Virus record (IMG/VR): IMGVR_UViG_3300025151_008277
Coordinates: 1 to 64,000 of that record
DNA from: a virus
DNA: 64,000 nucleotides
Reading direction: 5' to 3' (one strand)
Shown here in pieces: positions 7,498-18,947 of this stretch. Below the pieces are notes generated by a model. That model was given only the letters and a program-made list of their open reading frames with translations. It was not told the origin of the DNA and made no database searches. Made by a program: the position numbers and the translations under genes. Position 1 is the first letter of the stretch. Each line of letters starts with the position of its first letter.

Positions 7498-8336
7498 TAC
7501 ATTATTCTGATGCCTGAGAATGTGGAAGCTTCAATACCGCTAAATTTTGTAAGATGTAGTGTTACTTTATCTCCTTTTTTCAAATTCATATATACAGAGA
7601 AGTTATATGTACCATGACTAAAAGTATTTGACGGAAAGCTATTAGTGGGTGCATTTGCAAACATTTGTAAAGGTTGTCGCGCGTAAAATACTGCGTTTTT
7701 ATGTATAGTCAAAAACCGCTTGTCATTGCCTATAGATCTAGGTACTCGAACCCCTATCATACCGTTGAATAACATTCCGTAATCGTCTTTTGCTTTATAG
7801 AAAAAACTGTTATTATCGATATCAGTAGTGCCGTCACCGAGTTGAACATCTGTACCTTCGACAAGACCTGTTCCTTTGAAATCGAACCTCTCAAAAAGTA
7901 GAGAACCGTTTGTATTATTTAAAGCCTTATCTACTGTGTTAGATACTGTAAAACCTACTTTTGAATTAGTGTTAGATGATATATCAGACGCGTCAATAGT
8001 AGATGTAGAAATACTATCTACAAATGTAGCTAAAGAACTAAACGCATCATTAATTCGCGACGCATTATTATTTATATCAGCTGTCACTGAGCTTAGAGTT
8101 GTTAAGATAGCATGATTAGTCTCGGCTTTAGCACTTACAGCTGAAATATCAGATGTCTTTAGATACGTACCCGAAATTCTATCAAAGAAGGTAATATTAT
8201 CGACCCCGATAATAAAATCTTTAAAATCTAATAACCGTGTACCATCAGTCGTTTCTAACAATACATAGTCCCCTATCTTGACTTCGGTGGCAATCTCTAA
8301 GTCTTCTATGTTTACTATTTCATCTTCTAAAGCCAT
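7497..8336 (-). CDS. putative tail fibre/spike protein with C-terminal C1q/TNF-like domain
   Basis: N-terminal IEDLEIATEV..DYVLLET anchor, coiled coil, C-terminal YMNLKKGDKV...STFSGIRI. Confidence 0.6.
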   Translation of the reverse strand: MALEDEIVNIEDLEIATEVKIGDYVLLETTDGTRLLDFKDFIIGVDNITFFDRISGTYLKTSDISAVSAKAETNHAILTTLSSVTADINNNASRINDAFSSLATFVDSISTSTIDASDISSNTNSKVGFTVSNTVDKALNNTNGSLLFERFDFKGTGLVEGTDVQLGDGTTDIDNNSFFYKAKDDYGMLFNGMIGVRVPRSIGNDKRFLTIHKNAVFYARQPLQMFANAPTNSFPSNTFSHGTYNFSVYMNLKKGDKVTLHLTKFSGIEASTFSGIRIM

Positions 8337-8367
8337 ATGATTATTTATTCCTTTTTTTAATTATAAG

Positions 8368-9363
8368 TTAGTATGTTATATACGCTGTTAAAGTACTTGT
8401 TCCTAAAGTTACAGTTTCACATCCATCTACATCAAATAAATCTACAAAGAAATAACCTCTATTTAACGCAGAATAGGATGTACCTATACCTGTTGTTACA
8501 TTCTCTAGTTGATATGTAAGACCTGGTTTGAGATTAGCGCCATGAATATCTATTAATGGTACGTTAATATCTTTTACTCTCGTGCCTTCATGAGGATGGA
8601 AATTTAAAAAGCCAGTAACATGTATAAATTGAGAATTAGGTATAGCGGGATCAAAGTTACCTACACCCGGATAGTTTGCAGTTCCAATACCTGTTCTAGT
8701 TCTAAATTTTAATTTAAAACCTCCATCAGCACATCCTTCAGCATTCACATTAAATGTAGCATGGCTTAAAGCGGCCGCAACAAAGTCATATTCATCTTCA
8801 AATCCAACCTCTGTAGAGCAAGAACTTGTTGCAGTAGTACCTGAGTCATAAAAGAAATAATCATCAGTATTAGTACTTAGCAAACTTGTTCCAACTAACC
8901 CTGGGTTATCAGCTTCAAACGTTAGTAGTACGTTATCCTGAGTAGTATCTGTATCTATGAAATCTCCTTTAACGAGATTTACGTCTAAATAGTCATCTAA
9001 TCTACTTGCGTACATTCTAAACGAAATAGTATACAAATCAGTTATACCATCATCTCTATGTAGCAGTATTTCTACTTCATTAGGTCTACCAAGATCAATA
9101 ACATCATTATCTAGTACTTCTGTAAACGTAGTAGCACTTAAAGATTTTGTATCTGTTGTTGAACTCAAATCTCTGTTAAAAACTACCTCTTTGTCGTTCT
9201 CAGTAAACGTGACAATTACTTTGTCTACAGGTGATTGAGCTTGATCAATATCATTAAGATTGAAAGTAACTTCTGTAGTACCGGTTAAGTTTTGAGTTAA
9301 CGTACTTACAGTAGCAGTCGAAGTCTGCTGAGTTGTACTTAATGTATAAGTAAATGTCTTCAT
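8368..9363 (-). CDS. virion structural protein (beta-sandwich)
   Basis: Thr-rich 331 aa in structural operon. Confidence 0.6.
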   Translation of the reverse strand: MKTFTYTLSTTQQTSTATVSTLTQNLTGTTEVTFNLNDIDQAQSPVDKVIVTFTENDKEVVFNRDLSSTTDTKSLSATTFTEVLDNDVIDLGRPNEVEILLHRDDGITDLYTISFRMYASRLDDYLDVNLVKGDFIDTDTTQDNVLLTFEADNPGLVGTSLLSTNTDDYFFYDSGTTATSSCSTEVGFEDEYDFVAAALSHATFNVNAEGCADGGFKLKFRTRTGIGTANYPGVGNFDPAIPNSQFIHVTGFLNFHPHEGTRVKDINVPLIDIHGANLKPGLTYQLENVTTGIGTSYSALNRGYFFVDLFDVDGCETVTLGTSTLTAYITY

Positions 9364-10844
9364 TTGTCTGCTACTCCTTGTACTCTAAAACTCTTAAGCT
9401 CAAAATTAAAAACGCTAGTGGATGTCGTACTTGTTAAACCTGCTTTGAGTACCCTCGGAGTAGTAAAATTAAAATTAGGTTTATTTAAATTTATTCTATA
9501 AAGTTCTGTATAAGTAGAATCAGTAGAAAGTTTTCCTGATACAATAACTGTTTTACTTTTCTTGGTCAGCTCGACTCTAAAGTCTTTATATACTGCAGCT
9601 GAAGCTGCTGATACTGTTTCATGTAAGGGTATAGATGTAATTGCGCTAGATTGGCCTAATGTTTTGTAATCATTATCAGCTCCTGCTCTAACGCCTATAC
9701 TACATGGTACTTGTGTGAATGTTGTACCATCATATGACCCAGGTTTATCTTCATAAGTAGTAGTAAAGTTACCTGCAAGATCAAATGCTATTCCTACGTA
9801 ACCGCTTAAATTTATACCTTTAGTAGAAAATGCAGGATAACCGTTAACCTCAAACGCGTTCATCCCAGCTGGGCAATATCCCAAAGAGCTATTAACACCA
9901 TCAAGTTCTACTTCGTCGGTGTCGCTCGGTGTATAGAAAAACACACAAAAACCTTCTGCTGGACCAGCACTCAGAGTGTATTGTTTAATTGATCTAGTAG
10001 CAGACGGAGGTGTAGATGTTAGGTTATCAGATCTCGTACTTATGAGACCTAATTGTGAAGTACTAGATAATGAATACGATTTGCAAGTGAAATCCACTCT
10101 AATATAATCATCAGTCTTATAACTAGGTGTTTCTTTTTTCTTTGCTATAAAACCACCGCTATGGCCAAAAGGTAGAGATGAAGTAGCAGTAAGATCGGTT
10201 GACGTGAGAGTAAATAGAGCTGTATTAAAGAGGATATCATTCCCTTTATGCATTGGTCTCAATTTGTAGTTTGGCGGTCTTTCATCAACATTTAAACCGT
10301 AAAAAGAATCTACACCTTCTGTAGAGTTGCCTTGTATAAAATAGTCTTTATGTAAGTTACTACCTGTATAATTAAATACTGAACTTGTATGCTTACTTTC
10401 TGGTACAATAGCTCTACTGTACACCGGATACATAAATTCATCTACATATTGAAAAGTATATGTAAAGATTGTGAAACCGTCCGTAGAATCTGTATATCTA
10501 CCTAAGTATGTAATATTATAAAAGTCGGTCTTTTCGTTGTAAGTGATTACTGGCTTACTTATCTCGCTTAAATTTATATCTGCACTAACTTCAGGTACAA
10601 AGGAATAAACATAGCCTGGTGCATCCTCATCGGTAAGTTGAGCTCCTGAAATACTATCTACATCATTAGGAAATACTAATCTTTTAACATTAGTCTTTTT
10701 ATCTATACTATATATAGCAGGGTAATGAGCGATTAATGGGCCTTTACAAGTAGGACCGTCTGCAGACACTGAAGTAATAGCACATACAAGAAACTCTCTT
10801 GTATCTTCTTTAAACCAATAATCTGACTGCTTACTTAGGAACAT
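9360..10844 (-). CDS. structural protein with legume (L-type) lectin-like domain
   Basis: AEGFCVFF, SSLGY, YVGIAFD, KAGLTSTT motifs typical of L-type lectin fold. Confidence 0.65.
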   Translation of the reverse strand: MFLSKQSDYWFKEDTREFLVCAITSVSADGPTCKGPLIAHYPAIYSIDKKTNVKRLVFPNDVDSISGAQLTDEDAPGYVYSFVPEVSADINLSEISKPVITYNEKTDFYNITYLGRYTDSTDGFTIFTYTFQYVDEFMYPVYSRAIVPESKHTSSVFNYTGSNLHKDYFIQGNSTEGVDSFYGLNVDERPPNYKLRPMHKGNDILFNTALFTLTSTDLTATSSLPFGHSGGFIAKKKETPSYKTDDYIRVDFTCKSYSLSSTSQLGLISTRSDNLTSTPPSATRSIKQYTLSAGPAEGFCVFFYTPSDTDEVELDGVNSSLGYCPAGMNAFEVNGYPAFSTKGINLSGYVGIAFDLAGNFTTTYEDKPGSYDGTTFTQVPCSIGVRAGADNDYKTLGQSSAITSIPLHETVSAASAAVYKDFRVELTKKSKTVIVSGKLSTDSTYTELYRINLNKPNFNFTTPRVLKAGLTSTTSTSVFNFELKSFRVQGVADK

Positions 10845-10862
10845 TTATTTAAATATTTACTA

Positions 10863-13031
10863 CTAAATCAAAGAATTCGACGGTAAGGATAAAGTGAAAT
10901 CAGTACCATCGTAGGTATAGCTTTCTGTGAAAGTATCCGCAGATGTTTGTATAAAGATTGTATTACCTATAACATCAAAACTTATAATTTCATTAGAACT
11001 TATAGAACTCTTTAATGATGTTGATTGTTTACCTAAAACACTGCTTAATTTTTCATAAAATGTAGATACTTTCTGAGAGCTTATATCTCTCACAAAAACT
11101 GTACCATGATTTATATATTTTTGTTTGTATAAAGATATAGTACTTACTGATGGCACGTTCAATCCAGTAGCTTCATATGTTGTTGTGAAACCAGCTGGAA
11201 CAGCTAAGCTATTAAAAGAAGTAGCTTCATATTTATTAAGATAAATTTGCGCAAAATGAGCGCCAGCGCACGGATGACCTTCGAATAGATACGCGTCTAC
11301 AAGATCATTACCACTAACAGCACTACAAGCTACCGTGCTTAATGGCGCAAAAAAACCTCCTTGGCCTTCGCATGTACTTACATCGTTAGTTAATACGGTG
11401 TCATACATACCAGTGAGACTAGTGTAATTCGAATGTGTATCTCCTGCGGTTATAGCACTAAGTACACTATTAAAATATAATCCGTCATACAACTCGCAAC
11501 TAGTAATATCTTGAGTAGAGGAAGATGTATCCTCATTATATAATGTATAGGACGTACCTGCGAATCGTTTAGGTGATACATTTTTATACACTATAAATTC
11601 ATTACCGTATATATCATTTTTTAATACAACTGCAGTTTCATTTTTTATTAATAAGTCCTCTAGTCGTTCATTCTCAGGCCATTGATTGAGAGATTCTCTT
11701 TTATATGCATCGGGATTTTTCCAAATATTTTGATTCTCTCCTGACCAGAAACTTATTTCATCTTCCTTATGATTTATACCTGTATGAGAATATTTTAATG
11801 AATTTTCTTTAGATTGGTATCCATATGACTTTAAGGATTCTGTATCATATACTTTTATACTATCAGAGTCATTATTCTTAATCCATCTATTATCACATGA
11901 AAAATTAACAGGTGTAACTACCTTAGAATCTTTATTCTTTAAACCTATACCACTTTGTACTCGTTTAGGGTCAGGTAAAAAGAATTCACCATTTACAGCG
12001 GACACGTCAATATTGAATGTTAAATTTTTTGATAAAGCTTGAGCTAGTCCAGCATTCTCAAAACTTAATTGAAAAGGTATAGTGTTGTTTCTTATAATAG
12101 TACCATAACTGTTTGATACTATCGGATTGTATCTATTCAAATAAGAATTACTATTTTCCGCAGTAAGTACTTTTTTAAGTTCGTAGCTTTTCGAATCTCC
12201 AGATAAGTAAAAAACATCACAACTTAAATATTTTTCTAAAACTTTATTCTTTAAATTTACATTTAGATTTTCTTCACTTTTAACTTCATTAGCAAAAAAA
12301 CGATCAGTAAGCTTATTATAGTCAGTATATAATTTGTTTATAGATATTCGTTTTTTTGTATTAGAGGTAAGTATATATTTTTTACCTTTTGATTTTATTC
12401 TGAGAGATTGTATTAACTTTTTTGATTCATTTTTAACTTTAGTATGTAAATCTTCTTTTACCGAACTTGGTAATGTTTTTGAATCGTCTGTGATACCTAC
12501 TTCAGTTGTACAATAGCGTACAAATTGAATAGATATTTTATTCATGATTTCACTTACATTAACTGACGTAACATCTGTATTATTTTTTACAAAACTATCT
12601 TGAGTTAATAGTCTCGCAATTAAGTTCTTTAGATATATTTCTATACCTTTTTTAGAGGATTTAAGATTGTTTTTTGTTTTTACAAACTTAAGTTCGTCCC
12701 TATAATCTTTTAGTCTAGAAAATTCTCTTTTAAGATTGTCTGATACGTAATGAGCAGCAATATCTAATTCGTAAGGGTTATTATAATTAAGTTGCTTTAA
12801 ATAATCCTTTACTTCTTCATTGAGATCTGAATGATCTATATTCTTTAATAACTCCTTATAACTATCAGAGATATAATTGTTATCAGTTACTGTATTTGCA
12901 TCCTTGTTAACTTTATAATCTGTTAAGTATGTACTATACAGGTCTTTTAATTCGTTGAAATTATTATAGTTGTTATAGTAACTTCTAAACTCTTCAAATG
13001 TTAATGGTGATACAGTATCAAGACTTATCAT
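10863..13031 (-). CDS. virion structural protein (baseplate-associated)
   Basis: 722 aa, contiguous with baseplate genes. Confidence 0.65.
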   Translation of the reverse strand: MISLDTVSPLTFEEFRSYYNNYNNFNELKDLYSTYLTDYKVNKDANTVTDNNYISDSYKELLKNIDHSDLNEEVKDYLKQLNYNNPYELDIAAHYVSDNLKREFSRLKDYRDELKFVKTKNNLKSSKKGIEIYLKNLIARLLTQDSFVKNNTDVTSVNVSEIMNKISIQFVRYCTTEVGITDDSKTLPSSVKEDLHTKVKNESKKLIQSLRIKSKGKKYILTSNTKKRISINKLYTDYNKLTDRFFANEVKSEENLNVNLKNKVLEKYLSCDVFYLSGDSKSYELKKVLTAENSNSYLNRYNPIVSNSYGTIIRNNTIPFQLSFENAGLAQALSKNLTFNIDVSAVNGEFFLPDPKRVQSGIGLKNKDSKVVTPVNFSCDNRWIKNNDSDSIKVYDTESLKSYGYQSKENSLKYSHTGINHKEDEISFWSGENQNIWKNPDAYKRESLNQWPENERLEDLLIKNETAVVLKNDIYGNEFIVYKNVSPKRFAGTSYTLYNEDTSSSTQDITSCELYDGLYFNSVLSAITAGDTHSNYTSLTGMYDTVLTNDVSTCEGQGGFFAPLSTVACSAVSGNDLVDAYLFEGHPCAGAHFAQIYLNKYEATSFNSLAVPAGFTTTYEATGLNVPSVSTISLYKQKYINHGTVFVRDISSQKVSTFYEKLSSVLGKQSTSLKSSISSNEIISFDVIGNTIFIQTSADTFTESYTYDGTDFTLSLPSNSLI

Positions 13032-15175
13032 AAACTTAATCCCTTTCTAACTTGGAAGTCTATATTTTTATATACTTCAGTATTCCATGCTGATACACTA
13101 GTCAATGTGGCAGTTAAGCTATTATGACTATAAGTTGTGTAATCCAAAATATTATTTTTTCTTTTATTATTATAATTTTCAACGTATGGATAAAAATCGT
13201 AAAAATGTTTTAAACCACTTGCTCCTGATACCGTACTATCTAAATTCCATCCCCAAGTAGCTCCTGCTTTTTTATTATAAGCAGATAAAGGATATGAAGT
13301 TAATTCCGAAGTACCTGATGTTATAGTACCTGAAGAGACTTTTTGAGGTTTGATACGTATAAATTCATTATTAAATTTTTGTACTGCAACAAAATCTGTA
13401 TAAGCAGTAACAGTATATGTGGTAGCATCAATAGGATTATTATAATCTATATTTTTACCATATGCAGAATTTGATGAATAAAAGGTCTCAAAACTTTCAT
13501 CAAACTTTTCATCCATACCCATTAGACGTCTAAATCTTATAGTATATAAATTGAATAACCTTTTTAAATCAGGAGGTGATTGAGTTATATTAAAATTAGC
13601 TTCTTCGTTGAATAAATCATAAAGCTTACGTAATACATCAATATTACAAGTGTCTACATCTGAAGTATTCAACACAAAGTTACTAATCTTTTCAAAAACA
13701 GATTTACCGAATGTATTAGGATTACTTGATAACGTACCAACGATTGAACCTAGCACACCATCAAATAAACTATCATATTCATGTAAGAAATTTTGAAATC
13801 TATAACTCTTTAAAGTTTCTTTATAATCAAAATCTAACTCGTTTACTTTATAATATTCTTCTCCAGCTGATGGAAGTACTGTAAACGTATAAGAACCTGA
13901 TAGTTCAGCTTGACCTGATTTTGGTATACCTCTTACATATAAAGTATGTGTACCAGTAACGCTAGGAGTATAGTTAAAGTAAAAGAACGAACTCAAATCA
14001 CTACTACTCAAAGAGGTGTTATATGAAAAGTCCGCAGAACTTACACTTGATATAGCAGTACTAGTTACACTCCCCGATAATGTACTACCTACTGTAACTT
14101 TAAATCTACCCGCTGTACTGCTATTATACCCTGCGTTATCATAATTAAACTTACCGAAAATTTTAGCAGGATTATTATTTTTATCTGCAGCACACACAAA
14201 TACTTGAAAAGGGTCACCTTGTCTTTTATATACTGGTAAGGTCATGTTTTTATTACCAGTACTTGTAAGGGATAGTTTAGTTCTAGGATTATAAACAACA
14301 TCAATAATCATAGAATCTACTGCACTTTCTAAGTGATTTAAACCTGATAGATTCAAATTAGTATCTACATTGTTTATGAAGTAATCAGCTATAGTGTGCT
14401 TATGAGTATCAATTGCAGCAAATACTTTTACAGTCTCTTGTTGATCATCAAAGTAAAATATTTCACCGAGTCCAGATGCACCTAATATATGTGAAGACGC
14501 TGTCGGTGTAGTTACCTTTACAGGTGTGTTACCACTTAATTCATAGTATATAGGAGTTAAGTTTATTTTTTGTTTATTATTTTTTATACGGGTAAACTTT
14601 TTATTTTGTCTAGTATAAAAAGCTCTATAAGGTAACAAAAAAGCATACTTATAAGAATCGTCATACAAATCTGACCTACTTCCTGAAGCTGCGAAAAATA
14701 TAGTATTACCATTAGGGTCGTAATCTTGCCATGTTACGTTGACGTTATATCTTATATTTTTCTTAATGTTAAGCTCACCTGCACGGATAGTTGTATCAAC
14801 ACCTGTATCAGCAAGACTAAATCTATTTGTTAAAAAATTATCTACTGAAACTGTTTGGGTTAAAGTATTGAGTAACGCTTTGCCTTCATTATCATAAAAG
14901 TAACACGTCACAGTATACTGACCAGGGTATTCGTATTTATGAGAAGCTTGATATGTATCAGCAGCACTTAAAGTATAACCATCACCGAAATCCCATGATA
15001 CTTTAACTTGACTAATATCTGTATGATATGCATCAGCGAAAGCTCCTGTAAGACCAGGTGTAAATGTAAACTCAGTAATTCTAGTGTACCCTGTAAGCGC
15101 TGGAGTAATCGTCAAAGGTACAGCTATAATGCTCGGGCATTGCGGTGTATATGATATAGGTGTACAATCAGCCAT
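13028..15175 (-). CDS. PKD-domain structural protein
   Basis: SWDFGDG...SHKYEYPGQYTVT PKD signature; follows gp6. Confidence 0.8.
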   Translation of the reverse strand: MADCTPISYTPQCPSIIAVPLTITPALTGYTRITEFTFTPGLTGAFADAYHTDISQVKVSWDFGDGYTLSAADTYQASHKYEYPGQYTVTCYFYDNEGKALLNTLTQTVSVDNFLTNRFSLADTGVDTTIRAGELNIKKNIRYNVNVTWQDYDPNGNTIFFAASGSRSDLYDDSYKYAFLLPYRAFYTRQNKKFTRIKNNKQKINLTPIYYELSGNTPVKVTTPTASSHILGASGLGEIFYFDDQQETVKVFAAIDTHKHTIADYFINNVDTNLNLSGLNHLESAVDSMIIDVVYNPRTKLSLTSTGNKNMTLPVYKRQGDPFQVFVCAADKNNNPAKIFGKFNYDNAGYNSSTAGRFKVTVGSTLSGSVTSTAISSVSSADFSYNTSLSSSDLSSFFYFNYTPSVTGTHTLYVRGIPKSGQAELSGSYTFTVLPSAGEEYYKVNELDFDYKETLKSYRFQNFLHEYDSLFDGVLGSIVGTLSSNPNTFGKSVFEKISNFVLNTSDVDTCNIDVLRKLYDLFNEEANFNITQSPPDLKRLFNLYTIRFRRLMGMDEKFDESFETFYSSNSAYGKNIDYNNPIDATTYTVTAYTDFVAVQKFNNEFIRIKPQKVSSGTITSGTSELTSYPLSAYNKKAGATWGWNLDSTVSGASGLKHFYDFYPYVENYNNKRKNNILDYTTYSHNSLTATLTSVSAWNTEVYKNIDFQVRKGLSL

Positions 15176-15177
15176 TA

Positions 15178-17010
15178 TTAGTATTCTATAACTGTTTTAG
15201 ATTTTGTTACTGTTTCAACGATAATTTTGCTTTTCAAGTCTTCTAGATTCTCAATATAAGGTATTTGGAAATATTTTAATTTTAAATTTGTATCAATAAT
15301 ATTTAAATCAGTACCAGAATGAATCGGGTTGTAAATACCTAAACTCAAGCCGTTAGATTTTAAATCAATATCTGTTCTGTATGTATAAAAGCTGTCAACT
15401 CCTTCTATACTCGTTATATCAGTATTAAGTTGTTTTACATCAATAATTTGACCTAATTTAGCTTTATCGAAATAATCTTTTAATATTGTAAAGACTTTAT
15501 TTTTCAAAGTGTCATCGTTAGCAATAGTGGAAGAATTTCTTACGATCCTTAATTGAGTATAATCTTTATAACTCACCTTTTTACCTTCGTTAGCTTGTTT
15601 TAGCAGTAAGTCTACTGTTAAGTAAACCGGGTCGATAAAACTAACTTCACCATTTAAGAGTTTGTAATCTCTTATAGTATATAAAATTTCATTTTTAAGA
15701 TTAGTAGAAATATAATTAGATCTTTTAACTACAGAATTACTCTTTTTAAATTTAGGTACTATAGTAACAAAAATATTATTAACATCAAAACTATCACTAA
15801 AATTATACTGGTTGTATAATGCGTTGTTATAATCAGTATAGGAATCTAATTTTAAATCGTCTTTCAAATATTTTTTAAAGATGTTGAGATAATCAGAATT
15901 GTTACTTACTTTAATATCGTATACAAAGTTTTTAAAATTACGATCAATAAAGTTTTCATAATCTTGTTTAGTAATTAATTTGTATTCTGAATTAAAGAAC
16001 TTAGGTGCATTCGATCGAATATTTTCTACTGTTTCAGGCTCGCTGTACAGCGTACTATCTTCAGTATTTGATGCATTTACATCTAAACTATTACCTACTG
16101 TAATATAAGATAGAGTATTATCTTTTGTATCTGTATATATTGCGTTATATCTTGTAGTATTGTAGATATTAACCGATGTTTCTGAAAATGCGTTTTTAGT
16201 AATCTGTCCTTCTTTACCTGTAGAAGCAATATAATAAATTCCAATAGTTTCATTTGCTTCTAATTGTCTACCATTAACATTATTACCAAAAGTAATTTCG
16301 TAGTTCTTATTTTGATTTAATCTGCATTCGAAAGACCTATCTCCAGGTTTAGCGAGATATAATGAAGGTGTTCTTTTATACTCTTTCCATTTACCGGAAG
16401 CATTTTCTTTTACATAAACATATATACTAAAATGATCTACTTCATTATTATCACCGGGTAACAAAGTAATTGATTCGAACTTTTCTCCAATAGCAATAAC
16501 ATCTGGATACTCATTTACGCTTCCTTCGTAAAACAAAGAATTTTGTACTGCTGATAAAGTTTCAGCTACTGAGCTATTAACCTTTTGGAATGTTAAGTCT
16601 TTTGTAGTAGAATAAGTTTTACCATTACTACTTACATATGAAAATTTAGGTAATGTATGATAACCAGTTGATAGATTAGCTGAACCTTTCATTGTCATCG
16701 GCACAATAGATGTTTGAGAACCTAGAGGCTTATAATCAATAAGCTTAACTATACGATTCATATTTTCATATAGTTGCGCATCGGTAAATACTGCTTCTGA
16801 GCTGGTCTGGTTCAAATAGAATAATAATGTATGAAACGAGTATGAAACTATGTCGATTACAGCATTTAAGTTACTACCCTCAAAATTCTGATCAGTAAAA
16901 GAGATAGACGAGTCGTTATTGAGTCTCTCAATAATAAGGTCGCGCATACTTTGCGCATCAAACGATGCGTAACTATTCAACGGTAAATCAAATTCTGTTA
17001 TGTTATCCAT
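15178..17010 (-). CDS. gp6: baseplate wedge subunit (T4 gp6-like)
   Basis: FTDQNFEGSNL, YEITFGNNVNG, ETVENIRSNAP, ITKQDYE motifs. Confidence 0.92.
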   Translation of the reverse strand: MDNITEFDLPLNSYASFDAQSMRDLIIERLNNDSSISFTDQNFEGSNLNAVIDIVSYSFHTLLFYLNQTSSEAVFTDAQLYENMNRIVKLIDYKPLGSQTSIVPMTMKGSANLSTGYHTLPKFSYVSSNGKTYSTTKDLTFQKVNSSVAETLSAVQNSLFYEGSVNEYPDVIAIGEKFESITLLPGDNNEVDHFSIYVYVKENASGKWKEYKRTPSLYLAKPGDRSFECRLNQNKNYEITFGNNVNGRQLEANETIGIYYIASTGKEGQITKNAFSETSVNIYNTTRYNAIYTDTKDNTLSYITVGNSLDVNASNTEDSTLYSEPETVENIRSNAPKFFNSEYKLITKQDYENFIDRNFKNFVYDIKVSNNSDYLNIFKKYLKDDLKLDSYTDYNNALYNQYNFSDSFDVNNIFVTIVPKFKKSNSVVKRSNYISTNLKNEILYTIRDYKLLNGEVSFIDPVYLTVDLLLKQANEGKKVSYKDYTQLRIVRNSSTIANDDTLKNKVFTILKDYFDKAKLGQIIDVKQLNTDITSIEGVDSFYTYRTDIDLKSNGLSLGIYNPIHSGTDLNIIDTNLKLKYFQIPYIENLEDLKSKIIVETVTKSKTVIEY

Positions 17011-17012
17011 AA

Positions 17013-17492
17013 TTATTCGTATCTAAATCCTTGCGTATCTAAAACACCTTTCACTATCTGGTCTTTATTATTTAATGTAGGAATGGTGATGCTTAGTTCT
17101 ATAAAGTACTCATTCTGACTGGGTCTACCTACTATATTAACCTCGTTTACTATAACTCTAGGTTCATATAATGGTAGTCTTTGTATAGCTTCACCGATTA
17201 ATGTACCAGTGTTTTCACTAACTGATTCAAATAAGTACTGTCTCAGATCTAAACCAAATTCTGGATTTAAAATTTTCTGACCAGGTATTGTGTTAAAAAC
17301 ATTCTTAACACTTTGATAAATAGCGTCCTCATCATATAACAATTTAACATCTTTTTTACTGTCAGTTCTATTGACAGGAGTATTGTTAATATCTGAGCTT
17401 AGCTCAAAATCTAAAGACAAATCACTATAAGAAAAGGTTGTTGTTTTATCCTTTACTTTGTTTTCATCTAAGAAATCTAAGTTAATAGCCAT
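17013..17492 (-). CDS. gp25: baseplate wedge subunit (T4 gp25-like)
   Basis: SVKNVFNTIPGQKILNPEFG...YEPRV. Confidence 0.92.
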   Translation of the reverse strand: MAINLDFLDENKVKDKTTTFSYSDLSLDFELSSDINNTPVNRTDSKKDVKLLYDEDAIYQSVKNVFNTIPGQKILNPEFGLDLRQYLFESVSENTGTLIGEAIQRLPLYEPRVIVNEVNIVGRPSQNEYFIELSITIPTLNNKDQIVKGVLDTQGFRYE

Positions 17493-17534
17493 TTTAATTA
17501 TTTAATAATAAAACAAAAAGCATAAATAATTAAA

Positions 17535-18041
17535 ATGGGAAAATTTAACGAAATATACGAAGAGGTATACCAGCGTTATGAGAAAACATGCGCGATCCCA
17601 GGAGATTACGTCAAAATACGTTCTAACGTAAAAGGCTCTGACTGGTATAAAAACTTAGATGAAACCAGGAAGACTTACGTTGATGGTATTATTCAACTCC
17701 AAGAATCTGGTAAGTACATTCTTTTTAGTGCTATTAAATCTACACAATATGAGACTAACGCGCTTGGATCTAAAGAATATATTGCTGATATTACTGTTGA
17801 AGAAGCTCCAGGTTTCTATACTAATCCATTATCAATTCCTATGGAGTTAGTAGAATTCGATATGTCTAGTTCAGATCATAGAGGTACTCGAACTGATAAG
17901 ACCAACGAAAAGGAAGAAAAAATTAACCACAAGCCTGAGCCTGTCGCTGATCAAGATGTTTTAGTTGGTAATAAAACTAAACATGATAACGGTAGTTACA
18001 AGCTTGCAGGTGAGAGTTACACTTCAAAGTATTTGTCTTGA
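17535..18041 (+). CDS. hypothetical late protein
   Basis: CATAAATA box 6 nt upstream; N-terminus MGKFNEIYEE. Confidence 0.8.
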   Translation: MGKFNEIYEEVYQRYEKTCAIPGDYVKIRSNVKGSDWYKNLDETRKTYVDGIIQLQESGKYILFSAIKSTQYETNALGSKEYIADITVEEAPGFYTNPLSIPMELVEFDMSSSDHRGTRTDKTNEKEEKINHKPEPVADQDVLVGNKTKHDNGSYKLAGESYTSKYLS

Positions 18042-18947
18042 TAGCTCGATCAGACAAGTATAGAAGTTAATTTCTTTGTCAATAACTATATTATTACGAT
18101 AATAATACTCAGAGACTGTAATCATGCAGTCTCTGTTTTTTTGTTCTGATACCTCTAATTCGTTGCTATATAGCTTATCAAATAATACTTTGAATAGAGT
18201 ATCATAGTCATTACTAAAAGCACTTTCATTCTCTATAATGAACTTCCTTACTTTATAGAGTTCCTTTTTCTTCAATAGCTCGAGACTTTTAGTAATAACG
18301 TTATCTGCTCCATTTACTACATTGGAGTTCTTTCCTGAAATTACATACTTTTGAATACTATTAATACATCTGCGTAAGTCAGGGTAAGATCTATTGATTA
18401 ATTCAGAAAGATTCGATTGCTCAATAGATACCTTTTCTTCATTTATTACATGTAGAACTCTCTTAACATATTCCTCTTTCGGTGGAGTGAGTACGAATGT
18501 GTGACATCTTGATTGTAGAGCTGGAATAATTTTATGCTGATAATTTGCGGTGAGAACGAAACGAGCAATATCATGATATTCTTCAATACTATTACGTAAA
18601 GCTTTTTGTGCGTCTAAGCTTAGCCCGTCACACTCATCTAATACGATAACTTTAATAGTACCAAACAAGCTCTGCGTTTGAGCAAAGTTTAATACTTTAG
18701 TTCTAATAGTATCAATACCATTCTCGTCTGATGCGTTGATATAGAGATATTGAGTCTTTAGTAGATCATTAATAATAATCTTCGCTAAAGTAGTTTTACC
18801 AACACCTGGACTACCTACTAAAAGTAGATTAGGTAAGTGCCCAGATTGTTGAACTGTCTCAAAATATTCTCGAGCATCTTGAGTTAGTACGATATCGTCT
18901 AACGTACTCGGCCGATATTTCTCTACCCAAATATCAGATATTTCCAT
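18024..18947 (-). CDS. gp44: clamp loader AAA+ ATPase (gp44/RFC small subunit-like)
   Basis: WVEKYRP, GSPGVGKTT, INASDENG, LDECD, ALQSRC. Confidence 0.95.
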   Translation of the reverse strand: MEISDIWVEKYRPSTLDDIVLTQDAREYFETVQQSGHLPNLLLVGSPGVGKTTLAKIIINDLLKTQYLYINASDENGIDTIRTKVLNFAQTQSLFGTIKVIVLDECDGLSLDAQKALRNSIEEYHDIARFVLTANYQHKIIPALQSRCHTFVLTPPKEEYVKRVLHVINEEKVSIEQSNLSELINRSYPDLRRCINSIQKYVISGKNSNVVNGADNVITKSLELLKKKELYKVRKFIIENESAFSNDYDTLFKVLFDKLYSNELEVSEQKNRDCMITVSEYYYRNNIVIDKEINFYTCLIELSRQIL

